Shown here piece after piece: positions 1 through 13,110 of a DNA stretch of 64,000 nt. The DNA comes from Camelus dromedarius. Its lineage: Eukaryota. Made by a program: the position numbers and the translations under genes. The stretch is taken from positions 19,036,001 to 19,100,000 of the forward strand of contig NC_087436.1 in the NCBI RefSeq assembly GCF_036321535.1. Reading direction: 5' to 3'. The notes below the pieces were generated by a model. The model was given only the letters and a program-made list of their open reading frames with translations. It was not told the origin of the DNA and ran no database searches. Numbering within the stretch: position 1 is the stretch's first letter; the number at the start of each line of letters is the position of its first letter.

Positions 1-255
1 TCTGTTAGAAATGAATTGTGCCTAGCATGCAAATTAAGTCAGGCCCCTGGACCTGGCTTTGAGTGATTACAAGGAGTTTTAAAATTCCACAAGTGAAATA
101 ATAAGAATGTTGTAGTAATTAATATTGAGACAGACTGTTCTTATTTGCATCCTAAGGTACATGAACACAGAAGTGTTTTATAACGTGTGGGAAAGGATGA
201 CTTAAATATATTTCAGGTGATAATATAGTATACCATAGCTGAGATGGTCATAAAT

Positions 256-331
<76 letters not shown>

Positions 332-346
332 TAATAATAATAATAT
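256..346. repeat. Compound microsatellite (GATAAT)n followed by (AAT)n
   Basis: Directly visible tandem GATAAT units grading into AAT triplets. Confidence 0.95.
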
Positions 347-3300
347 AAATGTAGCATTTTTCTCTCAGGAACTCCAAAATAATATTTCAGATGTCATCTT
401 TTGTTCAATGCATTGTTTTTCCTGTTTACATCTAAAATAATTTCTTCTGATTCATATTCTATCTATGTAACTAACATATTAGAATGAGACATGGGCACCA
501 GAACATTTTTCTTATTTCAATACATTAATCATAGGGATGCACTTCTAGATTTAAACTAAAATTTATATATCAATCTGACACTATTTATACACCAGTCATA
601 AATCATTCAGAAACATGAATAGGTTACATAGTATGATTTAATTTGTCTGCTTCCACAAACTATAGGTTTTAAGCAAAACACTTCAATTGTTCATTAATTG
701 CAACCATTAACCTGGCTTCATAAATAAAGGCAAAAATGATGGACATTACGAAGAAAATGGCATGGATCAGGCACAGGTCTGCTCCGACTCATCACATCCA
801 GTGCTGTCTCAGGTTACAAATACTCACTTTTATGTCTGCACTGAGGGGGCAAAGGTAAAGATCGTATTATCTGTCTGTCTGTCTATCTATCATCTTTTAT
901 TAACTATTATACATATTTTTCTTCACTGCGTGAAAAAAAATCAAAGCCATATAAATGAAGCCTTATAGCATAAATTCATCAAACTGAAATTGCATTTCAA
1001 GGAAAATCAAATACACATTTGAAATCAGAAGTTTCTGTTTTCCTCATAACCAAAGTTCAAGGTGGGTCCAGCACCACATCCCATTTAAAGGGTGGTTAGA
1101 AAATGCTGGAGGGTAGTTTTGTCACCGGAAGTGGATGTGTTATGAATGAATGGGATGCAAAGGAAGACTGCCCCCGGCTCCGAGGTGCTACTTTACAATG
1201 TGAAAGGCAGGATGAAGATGGCCCTGCGTTAGGCAGATGAATAGAAATCCTTGCCACAGAGACAGGCTTGAGCTTGTGCAGAGGAGGAAGGCACTGAACC
1301 TGCTTCCCTCAAATCTGCCCTTTCTCTCCCAGCCCCTAAGTGGCCATTTTACGATGTCTGCAATCATTGTGGTGGAGACAAAGCCTGTTATCCTACAGTG
1401 CACCTCAGGAGAAGAGGTGATGGTGTAAAAGGTCTGGTTGGACGGGGTGGAGTATGAGGTCACAGACCCTGCAGGGAAGAATGGAGCGATACCAAGTGTG
1501 GGCAGGAAAACAACAAGGAGATATTGTGGACACAGGAAATCAACTTTGCGACTCTTCAGAGTTTCTCCTTTGGCCAGCCCTTCTGCCTATAAACGCATCT
1601 CTCAGGAAGGTTCTACAGATTATAAAATAGATAAAGGGTGCTGAATTCCTCAGAAAGAAGATAAGTAAGCATTCTGCTATGACCCTGTCTTGGAAGATTA
1701 TGAAGAAGGCAGCAAGATCTTACATATAAAACATAACATTAGTTTAGAATTCTTTAACTTAATTTTCTTTTATTTGACAAGGGACTAATGTGTCATGCAT
1801 TTGAAGAGTAAACAAGAATGTGAGAGGAATGGGAACAAATACAAATTCTTTTGGAGGACCCAAGCGCTTCGGGTTCACTCACAAATGTTGCCATTGGTGG
1901 GAGAGAGTGATGGGGGTGGGGGTGTCGGAAGGAAGAGAAAGGAAACACGTTGATTGTAGTGTTCAGTGTTTTTTCACATATTATCACTTTTTAGTCCTCA
2001 ACTATGAGGTAGCTATTATTGTTTCCAGTTTATAGCTGGGAAAGCCATAGCAACCTGCCCAAGCTAGTCTTTTGCGCAGCTGGTTAGCTGGCTGAACCCA
2101 TAAATCCAACACCAAGTCTCCCAGATGCCAACACTCAAGCTCTTTCCTTGGCAGTAATTAAGGGTCCCAGTACATGGGAAATCTGCCCCTTGCCTACAGA
2201 CCCATCAATAACAATTAATTCGAATGATTAGAATGTATCTGTTATTGCAGTTACATTTAAAAATACCTATTTTGTTTTATTTTTTTATTTCCAACATTCA
2301 TTACTACAAATATAGCCGTAATAAACATCCTGCTACATACATCTTTGCCTACTTTTTAAAAATTCTTATTTTTAATTAAAGTGTAGTCAATTTTCAGTTT
2401 AAAATGCCAATTTTAAAGTCTACACATTTCCAAAATAAATTTTCCACAAATATTTTTGATCCCTGACGTAAGTTTCCACGTCATCTTGGCTGGAAAAGAG
2501 AGCCTTTGAAAAGGATGTTTTTACCTCCACTCATGGCCTACTTACTTTGCAAAACTATCAAAAGATTAAAAAACCTTTTCTGAGAGGTTTTCTTAGGATT
2601 CTAGTATGTACATTTCTTACATTCCCTGCTCCCTAATCTGCTTTTATTTTCAGACTTTAAGAGATTTCCTAGAGACACCGCCCCTCAGGCTGCTTATGGA
2701 AATGAAATTGCAAACACACAGCCTGTGCACCTTGGGCTTAGCAAAATGTGAAACATTTTTCAAATTACAAGGTTATCCTGTAACCTAAGCCATTTAATAT
2801 GAAATCACAAAATTTCAGGGCTACAAGGGGCCCCTAAGAACGTTAAGTTCAACTCCTCAAATATGTTTGACATCATTAAACTGAAGCACAATGTACTGAG
2901 TAAAGCTGATTTCTTCCAAAGCCTTTATCTCAATGTGGAACCCTCTGCTAAGGACATTTTACTACAAGCAATTCTCAGCATTCTGGCCAGGAATTGAATG
3001 TGAACACTGTAAATAAATCTGATTTGTATTTATTATAATATAAACAATATTACAACAGAGCAATGAGTTTCAGACTCTGCTCCTATTCTGCAAGCTAGAC
3101 CATGGGATTTCACTATTAAAACTTAATGAGAGTGATCTTTTTTTCAGCTAGACAGGAAAAAATTCATTGTTAGAATTCTCTCTGCTAAAATTTTTAACCA
3201 TCCCCTATATTTTTAAAGCCTTCTCTATATGAGACGTTAATGTAAAATATCTTATTCAGAACTAAATTATTTTGAATTTGCTGTATTGTTTCATCACGTT

Positions 3301-4759
3301 TCACATTATGCCTTTCAATTGTTCAACTAGCTGAATAGATTTGGGATTCATGTAATAGAGGGCTACTTTCCTGATCGAGAAACTAGTGCCACAAAGATAC
3401 CATTGAACCAACTGTCAGAAATACACTTTTACATCACACAGAATAGAATGTTGTAATCACATTTTTGTAACTGGGACATTATAAATAACATTCTCTAGCA
3501 TGTTTATCAATCAAATAGGGAAGCGAGAAAAGATCCAATGATATGCATTTATCCAAGAGATTCCCAGAGAAGCCTGAGGAAGGCACTGGGAACTCCTGGG
3601 GTGGGACCTATCGTGGGCAGTTCTGGACTAAGGGGTCAGGTCAGTTGCATCCCAGTCAGGAGGCGCAGTTGGTTCATTGTCTTTGATAAGAGTGGTGAAT
3701 AAATAATACAGGTATAATCTCCAGGACTTTGCCATGGAGAAGGGATATACATCACAGTAAGTTGAATCACTGTGCATCAAGAATCAATCATATTATAAAT
3801 GATAAAAGCACAAAATAATAGGTAGGACTCGATTGTTAGACACATGACAAGACAGTCTGATAGGAAAGGTTGAGTTCATAAATAGAAAGGAAGCAGTCAC
3901 TGCTAATTCTTTAAAGAACTAACATTAGAGATTCGAGACTATTTTTCTACAGATCTGGAAAGGCCTTTAAATTGTGCCTGACCTGGAATTTCTAAAACAA
4001 ATTCCTAAGGCTAGCACTGCCCTGCTTTGGAGGGCAGAACACTGTCATTCTCATTTAGAATGTGCAGACTGAATATCGGATTGCAGGATTAGCTCCTCGA
4101 CTTCTGATTATCAGAACAGAGGTTAGGCGCTGAAAGGAGCCACTTAAGATTATGGGGAAGAGGAGTGGTAGTAACGTTAATTATGGAGACTCAAGCCTAC
4201 AAAACAAAAGTGTTTGTCTCATTCAGTCTCACCAGCAGAACAAGTCAGGGGAGCTGAGAATTGGGACAATTCTCCTAGAAAGTGTACAGCGAAGCTCTCC
4301 TCGTTGGTCCTCTAATCGTCCGTGAAGGTGGATGAGGGGATATGCATGAGATGAAATCAGCAAATAGAATTCTGTGGAATAAGGAAAGACTGTAAGCAGA
4401 AAAATTAAACTAAAGACTAGAATTCTTCTGCCTGTAAGTTTTAATCCCCGTGCTTTCCTTATGTCTTCCCTGTGCGAGACTGCAGCATGGAATAGCATCT
4501 TGTTCAGAACTGGTTTCTTGGGAGGAAGTGGTTCGATCTTGACGACTGAGCAAAATGATGTGTTGGAAATAGCTGACATTTATCTTCAGTGGGTCCTTAC
4601 TACCTTGTTTGGCATCTGACACATAGTTCGTGTGCAATGAACTATCGTTAATGATAAAATAAATGAATGAATATTATGTGTGTGGGATTCTGATGAGGGG
4701 AGAGGGAGTGGATTGTAAGGCAGAATAGCAGTACTACCTCAGAAGTGTTGAAATTTCAA

Positions 4760-5484
4760 AATTTCTTCCCATTTCCACTGCTACCTCCTTAGTCCAAGTG
4801 TTATCATCTCTCACATAAACTACTGCAGTGGCCTCTTACTTGGCCTTCCTGCTCTTACTTTTGCCCCTTACATTCTATTCTCCGTGGAAAGGCCAAAGTA
4901 ATCTTGTAAAAATAGGAATCGTATCATGTCACGCTCTTGCTTCAAACCGCTCGAGGGCTTCCTGTAGCATGTAAAGTACAACCTGACCTCCTCGCCTGGC
5001 CTGCAAAGGCCCTGCCTCACCTGGCACCTACCTAACTTTCTTACATTTCACCCGTTACTACCTGCCTTTACCACTGTGCTCATTTCACACTTACCTTCTT
5101 TCCATTCCAAGCACGTGCCAAACTCATCCCCACCACAGGGCCTTTGCACCAGCTGTTCTCACTACCTGGTAATCCCTGATGCTCACAAAGCATGCTTCTT
5201 CTTATCATGAAGGCCTCAGCTTACATCTCCTCTTTAGAGAAGGCTTCTCTAACTACCCATGGAAAAATAGCCCCTGGGAGCTCTCTAGGAAATCAGTCTG
5301 ATTATTTTCATCATTTAGCACTTATCACCACCTGCTGTTTTCTTGTTTAATTTTTTATTGTTTTTCTCTCCTGCCTTAAAATTTAAGTACCATGAGAATT
5401 TATTCAAACATGTATCGCCAGACAGCCTGGCATTTAATAAGAGCTCAGTAAAAGATTACTGAAAAAAAATGAATAAACAAATGA
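4760..5484 (+). mobile_element. LINE-2 3' fragment
   Basis: L2-like motifs (ccactgctacc...tagtccaag...catctctcac; gcctttgcaccagctgttc) ending in gcctggca...gctcagtaaa...tgaataaacaaatga. Confidence 0.75.
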
Positions 5485-8400
5485 GTCATCTTGACTTTAG
5501 AAGGATCCATGAATGAGAATCTTGACAAAAAAATGGATGTTCTGTGAGTTGATGGGTGCTTCTGTGCATGTCCCAATGCCCAGTAACAAATTAACACAGG
5601 TGGGGAAATCACTTCAGCAAAGCAATGGCTTCATGGATGGGGTTCCTTTTTCAGTCTTCTCATCAGATAGGAGCTATTTAAATTTCGTTCGGGGATATTT
5701 AAAACTTGAAGTTCTCAACTGGCTAATTTCTTATAACTTCTGACCTGCTTCACAAAATCTACAGTATTTTAGTGCGATTTTTTTCTAGCCAGTGTAGGCA
5801 GGATGGTTTTCTGTGTTTCAGGCTTATAAAATTATTGACAAATAAACACCAACTGTGTCGGCAGCTAGCATATTCCTAGGCAGGGTGTTATAATAGGAGT
5901 TTGCGACGGGCTGGGGGAAGGCGTGTGGGTGATGAAGGAGGAATCTGTCCACCCACACGGGTTGGAAAACCTACTTTAAAACTCCCCCAGCACCAATTGA
6001 GCTTAATACGGTTGTTACGGGGAATACGTGCGCTATGATGGCAATGTGTCAGGCCTAATTGGGACCTTCTGAGAGCTAAGAGGACGTGCAATTCTAGCAG
6101 GAAAATGTTAATCCAGTCAAAAACACTGTATTCACAGGAAAACTTCCCTTCAGCCCTCCCTGCCTTCCTTACTTAGCTATTCAAGGGAAGTGATCGGTGC
6201 ATGCAAACTTATAAAAATTTAAACTATTTGGGTGCTTTTGGAAATGAGTTACAGAGCTCAACTAAATAACAAAAAAATTCCTCCATGAGAATGAGATACT
6301 TAATAGGTATTGCTGACTCCTCTCTTGCATAAGGGCAGGTCCAGCCAGTTAGAAAACCTCCTGGATATCCAGGAGTGACATTTGTAGGTGATTCAGATTC
6401 ACACCAAGCCTACCTTGTTTATGTAAGCCCCAAGGAATTCACAGCTCTCTGCATTAACCCTAATTTCCAATTTTAGGTAAGTGTTCAGCAAACCATTTCT
6501 GAAATAATAACTGGGAAGTGATATAGGAGAGACATCTCTCCTTCTCTGGCTTCGAGGGAAGCTGAGGAGGGGGAAGGCTGTCCCTGTTGATGTAATCAAT
6601 TCTGGTGTCATTAACACCCACAGAGGGCCACTCCCTCCCTGTAGGGGGCTAGTCAAGCTTATGATCTCCGTTGGTCTTTGGCTGGAGTGGGAGCATGGGG
6701 TCAAGGGACTTCTTGGAAGCATGCGGTCAAAGTACTTCTCAGATCATGGGATGACCCTAGACACCATGACCTTCATTTCACCTTGCTAGTTAACAGTGAA
6801 CGAGAAAAGCAACATCATGGATGCAGAGAAGCTGTTTCCACCTCTCACTTGTGTGTCATGCAGTGTGGTCCACCATGAAAAGAAGCTTTGACCAATAAAC
6901 TGGGATGCCTATAAAGACAGATCTAAAGGGAATAAAGCCAGAGATCTTAGGGAAATGTACTGTACCACACCTCTCCTTTTTATTTGAAAACAGAACAAAC
7001 TCGAATGGGTTTCATGGGGTATCCCGATGTGTTAGGGAAGTTTGATGCAATTGTGGAGTGTTTTCTTGTCTTGGCCTTGTCTGTGCTAACATTTATAAAT
7101 CCCATACTAGGGGCCAGATACCACCCACGGGCTTTATGGGCCTGAGCTCATTCAGTTCTCACAACTCCAAGAAGCAAGAATATGGCTATACCCATTTTCA
7201 CAGACGAGGGAGGTGTGCAAGGTCACAGGGCTTGCAAATGACAGCACTCTAATGAGAATAAAATGCCACCTACTCTATCATTTTCAAAACAGGATTTGAT
7301 CAAAACTGGAGAAAAAGTTTTCACTTGTAAGAATTACAGACTAGACGATCCTTAGGAGAGACCATTGAAGGATGAGCAGGAAGGGAGCAGCGTTCCGGAC
7401 TTAAATCACACTTTCAGACTCTGGGTGTGAGCCCTGATGAATCAGAACCTAGAGTTTCCAAGGATCTGGAATCTTGCAGTCATGCCTCTTTTCCTGTTAC
7501 CTAAAGCGAATGGAGCCCTGGTTCATAGTATTTGCCTCCACTGCACGCCTGTGTCTGGAGGGTTATTTACAAGTGGGTTTGCTTTGTTTTGTATAAACAT
7601 GTTATCTCAAGGGCTGCAGGGGTAGTGATGTGGTTAAGTCTCCCTAACAAGAGCTCTTCCAGGAGATCATTTGTTTCCCTGCGTCTGTGATGTAACTACA
7701 AGTAACTTCCTGATCAGTTACACTTAGGACAAGGTGGGCTGATGTGTCCTGCCAGGTTCCCCAGAAGCAATTCTTTGTTTATCCAGATTTCTTCCAGATC
7801 ATTTCCAAAGATCTGTCTGCTTGTGTTTGAGTTCACCAATGTTTTATTTACAGCATCTCACTGAGACCAGGCAGTACAGAAAGGGACCCTGTGTTTTGTG
7901 ATAAGTTTTCCTTTCAAAGCTTCATGCTCAAAGAGAATTGACTACAGAGTGTCAGGTGACCTTGAGCTGAAGCTTAACAAGCCAGTATCATGCTATGAAC
8001 AGAAAACAGCTATATTGGACATCAGGCACCAAACCACAGCATCTTAAGTCTTTCTCAAGGATTCGAAGTTAGAATAATGCCTATTATAAAATACATTTTT
8101 TAAAAATTCACTTGGAGAATTTGATTTTATCCCTTATAGTATTTTTTCTTCTCTGATGAAATTTACACGGAAGTAGCAAACCTTACTTTTCATTTCTGCA
8201 GTATTTAGCTCGGTAAGAATTGGTGTCAACCGGAGACATTAACTCCCGCCTTGTCGTGCATGCTAAAACGCCCTCATTATCTGCCATGCCAGCTCTAAAC
8301 TTATTCAAGGAAAAAAAAAAAATCTCAGCATGAAACTCATTCTGACTATAGGGGGCCCCATGAACTGTGTTTAAAAATTCAGCAGAAAATGTCCTCATCT

Positions 8401-8612
8401 CATATAGGAAGTTTTTTTTTTATAAATGCCTAAGGCCTTGAATTTCAGGAGCTGCTTTCATGATTGTTTTTCTGGGGAAATCTATGAAATCAAGAAAAGG
8501 TGCTACTACAGGTGGCATTTTCTGAAAATATGGCATTCCCTTGGTTAGGAACACCATGCAGATGCTGTTGGTCCTCACTGAATTTCACACAATGTATTCC
8601 TTAAAAAAAAAA

Positions 8613-8745
8613 ATTTTTTTTTGTTTTTCCATGGCAGGAGGTAATTAGGTTCATTTATTTTTTAAATGGAGGTGCTGAGGATTGACCCCAGGACCTAATG
8701 TGTGCAAAGCACACACTCTACCACTGAGCTATAATACCCTTCCCC
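8613..8745 (-). mobile_element. tRNA-derived SINE, camelid Vic-1-like
   Basis: Minus strand reads GGGGAAGGGTATTATAGCTCAGTGGTAGAGTGTGTGC...GTCCTGGGGTCAATCCTCAGCACCTCC...AATAAATGAACCTAATTACCTCC plus A-rich tail; A and B boxes recognisable. Confidence 0.85.
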
Positions 8746-9510
8746 AACACTACATATTCTTTTAATATTGTCTGGTAATGCTCATTTCTGAAGCTGATGA
8801 ACTAGCCAATGGCAAAATGGGAAGCACTGCAAAATAGTTCAGACACAGAATAAGCTGGCCTGGTGAGCACATAGGATGCCCACACGCCCCCGTCTACAAC
8901 GGCACACGATCACGCCCCGCATTTAGGTGGAGGGCCAAATAGTGAGGACCCTGACGTGCAGAGTAACACATCCCCGGACAGCTCTCAGTGCCGCCTGGAT
9001 GCTCCATCATCAGTAGTAAACGTAGGATTTTCTCTCTTTCGTACTTGCTCTCCCCACTTTATCTCAAGCATTTCTGCTCCAGTTCATGTGCGGCAAGTGC
9101 ATCTGTATCAAAGCCCCTAAAAGACAGGCCAAGGGAGACTTCTCCCTCTCTTTGGGGAGTGACGTAGGTCCCAGTTCTCCACATAGCTGAATGGACACGA
9201 TGAGAAACCTAAACTTAGGGATGAAAAAGGAGAAGCAAAGCTTTAAATTCCAGTGGTCCAAGAGGATTGACTAACTCACCAGGCCCTGATGGTTTTCCAT
9301 GGTGACCCACTCAGCACCCCTTCTAGACAACAAGGGTGCTTTGTTCTTAACATAATCAAATTTTGATAATCCACAGTGTCCTCCTGGGGCCAAAATCATT
9401 TACCGAGGATATGCATTGCCCTAAGTCCGTGGCAGTGAAAGGGCCTTGGGGAAGGACTTGGGCATGGCTAGGACATAGACTCAGTCTGTCTGTGAAATTA
9501 ACATCTCTAG

Positions 9511-9672
9511 CATGATGGTTCTCAAACTTTGCTATGCATTTGAGTCACCTGAGGACCTTTAAAAGTCCTTGTATCAATTAAATAGAAATCTCTAAGAATG
9601 TAACTCAGGCAGCAGGAATTTTAAAACTACCTAGTTGATTTCAATGTGCAGCAAAGCTTAAGAACCACCATT
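9511..9672. mobile_element. MER5-like hAT-Charlie DNA transposon relic
   Basis: Termini tggttctcaaac / gcttaagaacca are inverted-repeat-like; internal gattt.aatgtgcagc motif. Confidence 0.7.
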
Positions 9673-9719
9673 GCCTTGCCCAGGAGACTGACAATATGAT
9701 CTGTGGACAAGTACCTTAT

Positions 9720-10208
9720 TGCTACCGAGTCCAAGCTCATGGTGCTCACCGCACGACAGGCCAGTGTATCCGGGGATGAGCTGTTGGGGCAAGGAATAGT
9801 GACTTTATTTGGAAAGCCAGCAGACCAAGAAGATGGTGGTCTACTGTCCCAAAGAACCATCTGGCCTGTGTTAGAATTAATGCCTCTTTTATACTAAAAG
9901 GGGAGGGAGTAAAGTCAAACATTTCCTGGTTCCAGTCAGCCTCCGAAGGGGATGTGTTCATTCCTTCCTGCCTGCAGTCGTTCACAGGTGGGCCTGGTCG
10001 GGATGTCTCCTGTGAGCTAAACAAAGGTACTTCAGCTTAACACTCATTACTTTGGAGGCAGGGTTCCCAGAGATGGGCCATTATGTATCATTTAAGCTTA
10101 CAGGTAACATCCCTTTAGTGATTAGCTTGTAGCAAAGCGATAGAATGCGAAGGTTACAGTAGAAGAAACAGACCCAACATGGAGTCAGCTCTGTTCTTCC
10201 CTATTACA
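9720..10208 (-). mobile_element. Solo LTR, ERV1 class (MER41-like, artiodactyl type)
   Basis: TG...CA termini (9720-9721, 10207-10208) with 4-bp TSD TTAT (9716-9719, 10209-10212); minus strand starts TGTAATAGGGAAGAACAGAGCTGACTCCATG, with TATAAAA near 9890 and AATAAA at 9804-9809. Confidence 0.85.
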
Positions 10209-10305
10209 TTATTGGAATAATTGACAGAAAGCTACAAAGATGAAACACACAGAGGCTATTTAAGAAACTGCAAGTTGTCCTGTTTGTCTAGAGAGTAAAT
10301 TAGGT

Positions 10306-10522
10306 CAGGGTTTTTCAACCTTGGTGCTACTGATAGTTTGGACTGGATTATCCCTTGTTATGGGAAGGGATTATTCTTTACATTTCAAGATGTTTTTCAG
10401 GGTCACTGACCTCTATGTACTAGATGCCAGTAACAGCTCCCAACTTGTGACAGTTCAAAACACTTGCAGACATTGCTAGATATCCCCCAGGGGGCAAACT
10501 CACTCTTGGTTGAGGACGACTG
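10306..10522 (+). mobile_element. MER20-like hAT-Charlie element
   Basis: cagggtttttcaaccttggtgctactga...cagacattgc...gggggcaaa...ggttgaggacgactg matches the recalled MER20 layout, ~217 bp. Confidence 0.8.
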
Positions 10523-10757
10523 GGTTAGGAAATTGCTGGAAAGCAGGAGTGTAGAAGGGAGGTAGGATCAAAATTTGAGAGCTCTGCTATGTCAGGATAG
10601 GGCATTCACGCTTAATTTGATAGACAAAGAGTGTTTATTAAAAGATTTCTAGGCTAGGGAATTACAGAATGAATGTTGTGATTTAAGGAAATCATTTGGC
10701 ATTTTGTATAACTTTGTATTTCTGTAAAATATAAGTGTGTATATTATACATATCAAG

Positions 10758-10912
10758 TAAGTAAATTACTTAACATCCTTGTACCTCAGTTTTCTCATAT
10801 GGAAAATGGGTCTAATCATGGCATTATACTGAGGATTAAATGAGATGATTCATATGAAGTACTTGAACAGTGCCTGGTACATTTTAAGTGAAAAAATAAT
10901 TTTTTGTTATTA
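10758..10912 (+). mobile_element. MIR SINE fragment
   Basis: MIR core ttacttaac...cctcagttttctcat...aaaatggg...gaggattaaatgaga...acagtgcctgg. Confidence 0.8.
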
Positions 10913-12589
10913 TAGTTAATATTACTTATCAAAAAACAAGTCCCTGTTGTAGCTCAAACAACTTTGAAACACCCACCAATTCAACTATGAATCAGGATCA
11001 CAAAATTTATTCCAAAACTGAGTCCAAGTATAACCCAAGTCATCACACCCAAAGGGATTGCTACTCCCTTTCCTCCTTGAATTCTGGATTAAAAACTAAT
11101 CAGATCACACTTAAAAACAAAATGGGAGAAAATGTGGAACAGAGAGAGAAAACTGATTTTTAAAGCTTCTTCTCAAACACATATTGGAGTGCCCCGAAAC
11201 CATATAAAGACAGACGGAAGGCCAAGAGCCTCAAACTGCTCCACAGGGGCAACTTTGAATGGGCTGACTTCCACACATAATTGCTAACAAGCCACAGGTG
11301 CCAAGCCACATGAGCTGGCGATAGCCTGATTTTGAGAAGAGAGATGACAGTTCTTTACCCGTCATTCATCCCAAGGTGCGCTTGTCCTCTCTCATAGCAC
11401 ATAGCGTGTTACCTTTTTATTAGTGGCTTTGGAAATATTTTCGCAAGTGAGCAGCTGCAGCTTCCTTATCTGCAAAACTGTGCGTAAGTGAGACTATGCT
11501 GGGTGGAGGCTGTGTGCTCCACCTGCCAGGAGGATGAAAGGTGTGCGTGTGAGCTTTCAGGCAATCGGATTAAGGGCTCTTTCCTTCCTGCCTGTCTCTT
11601 GGCACTGGCCAAAATGATGGCCAAATGCAGTTCTTTCATCTTCCTTTGCTTTCTTCCCCATTTCCCTGACCATCTAACCTCACCAGCCTGACATAAAGAA
11701 AATACTTTAGAGGTTTAATATACAGAAATCAGGTTAATTGTATTGGTTTGTTAATGATGCAGTCTCACATTTTTAACTTTTCAAAATGCTTTCTCGTAGG
11801 TCATCTTGCTTGAGCCCTACCAAAGCCTTTAAAATAAATATTGTCTACTCATTACAGAATGAAACTGGGGTTCAATGAAGTTTAATGCTTTGTCCATGTA
11901 AATGATGGAACTGGAGAATAGAAGGTGGGTTTTCTGACTCATGATCCCAACACTGTGACTGTGGACAAGTCTCTCAATCATTCTGTACCACAGTGTCCAA
12001 CAATATTCACATATCTCTTCCTTTTTCATTTTAGCCAGAGTCGTATTTCTAACTAACAAGCTTGTAAGAATCATTAGACCCTTCTCATCCTTTGACAGAT
12101 CTTCACAGGCTTCTTGCTTGGTCTTCACGTCTTTACTCATGACCCCCTTAAATCTCTCATCACCCACTGCTGTCAGAGTCAACCTCTCCTTAACACCTTG
12201 GCAGGAAGCCATCACTTCTCAGCTACTTCCAGCTATTTGTCCAGTACCATTTGTGTATTTAAGATTTGTCCTTGTCATCTTATCTCTGATCTCAATCGCA
12301 TCCAAAACTTTCCTTTCTTACTCCTGATGTAGGTGGAGTTTATGACTGTAGGCTCTCACAGGGTGGTGAAAACATGGTTCCAGGTCTCTGCCTACTCTCC
12401 CGTCTTCTAGGTTAGTTCCTCTAGTCTGGGGATGAGAAAAGGGAGAAATTAAAGATCTCCTAGCTTTCCTAAGTTGCTAAGATTCCAGAAAGCAGAGGGG
12501 AAGAAAAACTGTGAAATAGTTCCATACTCTGGAGCTTCCAACAATCGTCATGTTCTTGCTGATCTGCTGATTCACTTCCGCAGAAAGAT

Positions 12590-13110
12590 CTGTTTACCAT
12601 ATGACCCAGTAATGCTATTCCTAGGTGTTTTCCCAAGATAAAATATATCTCTATATATCCACACGAGGACTTGTACTCAAATGATCACAACGGTTTTATT
12701 TACAATAAATCTAAAAATTAAATATCCATAAGCTCATGAATTGATTAAAAAATTGTAACATACAATTTTCATACAATGGAATATTATCCAATAAGAAAAG
12801 CCACACACTGGGGTAAGCACCATAGCATAGATGAATCTCAAAAGCTTTATGCTAAGTGAAAGAAGTTAGATACCAAAGATTACATACCATATGATTCTAT
12901 TTCCATGAAATTCCAGAAAATGCTAAAGTTTAGTAACAGAAGCATATCTGTGCTTGCTTGAACATGGGAAAGTGGGGATGGAACTTTCTGAGTCACGAAA
13001 AAGCTCGTGAGAGAACTTTAGGTGATGGAAATATTGCATATCAGATATGATAATGGTTTCAAGACTTATGTTTGCCCAAACTCAATGAATTTTACCTTGA
13101 TAAAGCTTAT
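12590..13110 (+). mobile_element. Old L1M (L1MC/ME-like) 3' region
   Basis: accatatgacccagtaat...cctaggt, catacaatggaatatta, atgaatctcaaa...atgctaagtgaaagaag motifs. Confidence 0.75.

Noticed and set aside
8670..8745. tRNA gene (also 42695-42760)
   Set aside because: tRNA-like heads of SINEs with A-rich tails; no intact acceptor stem evident
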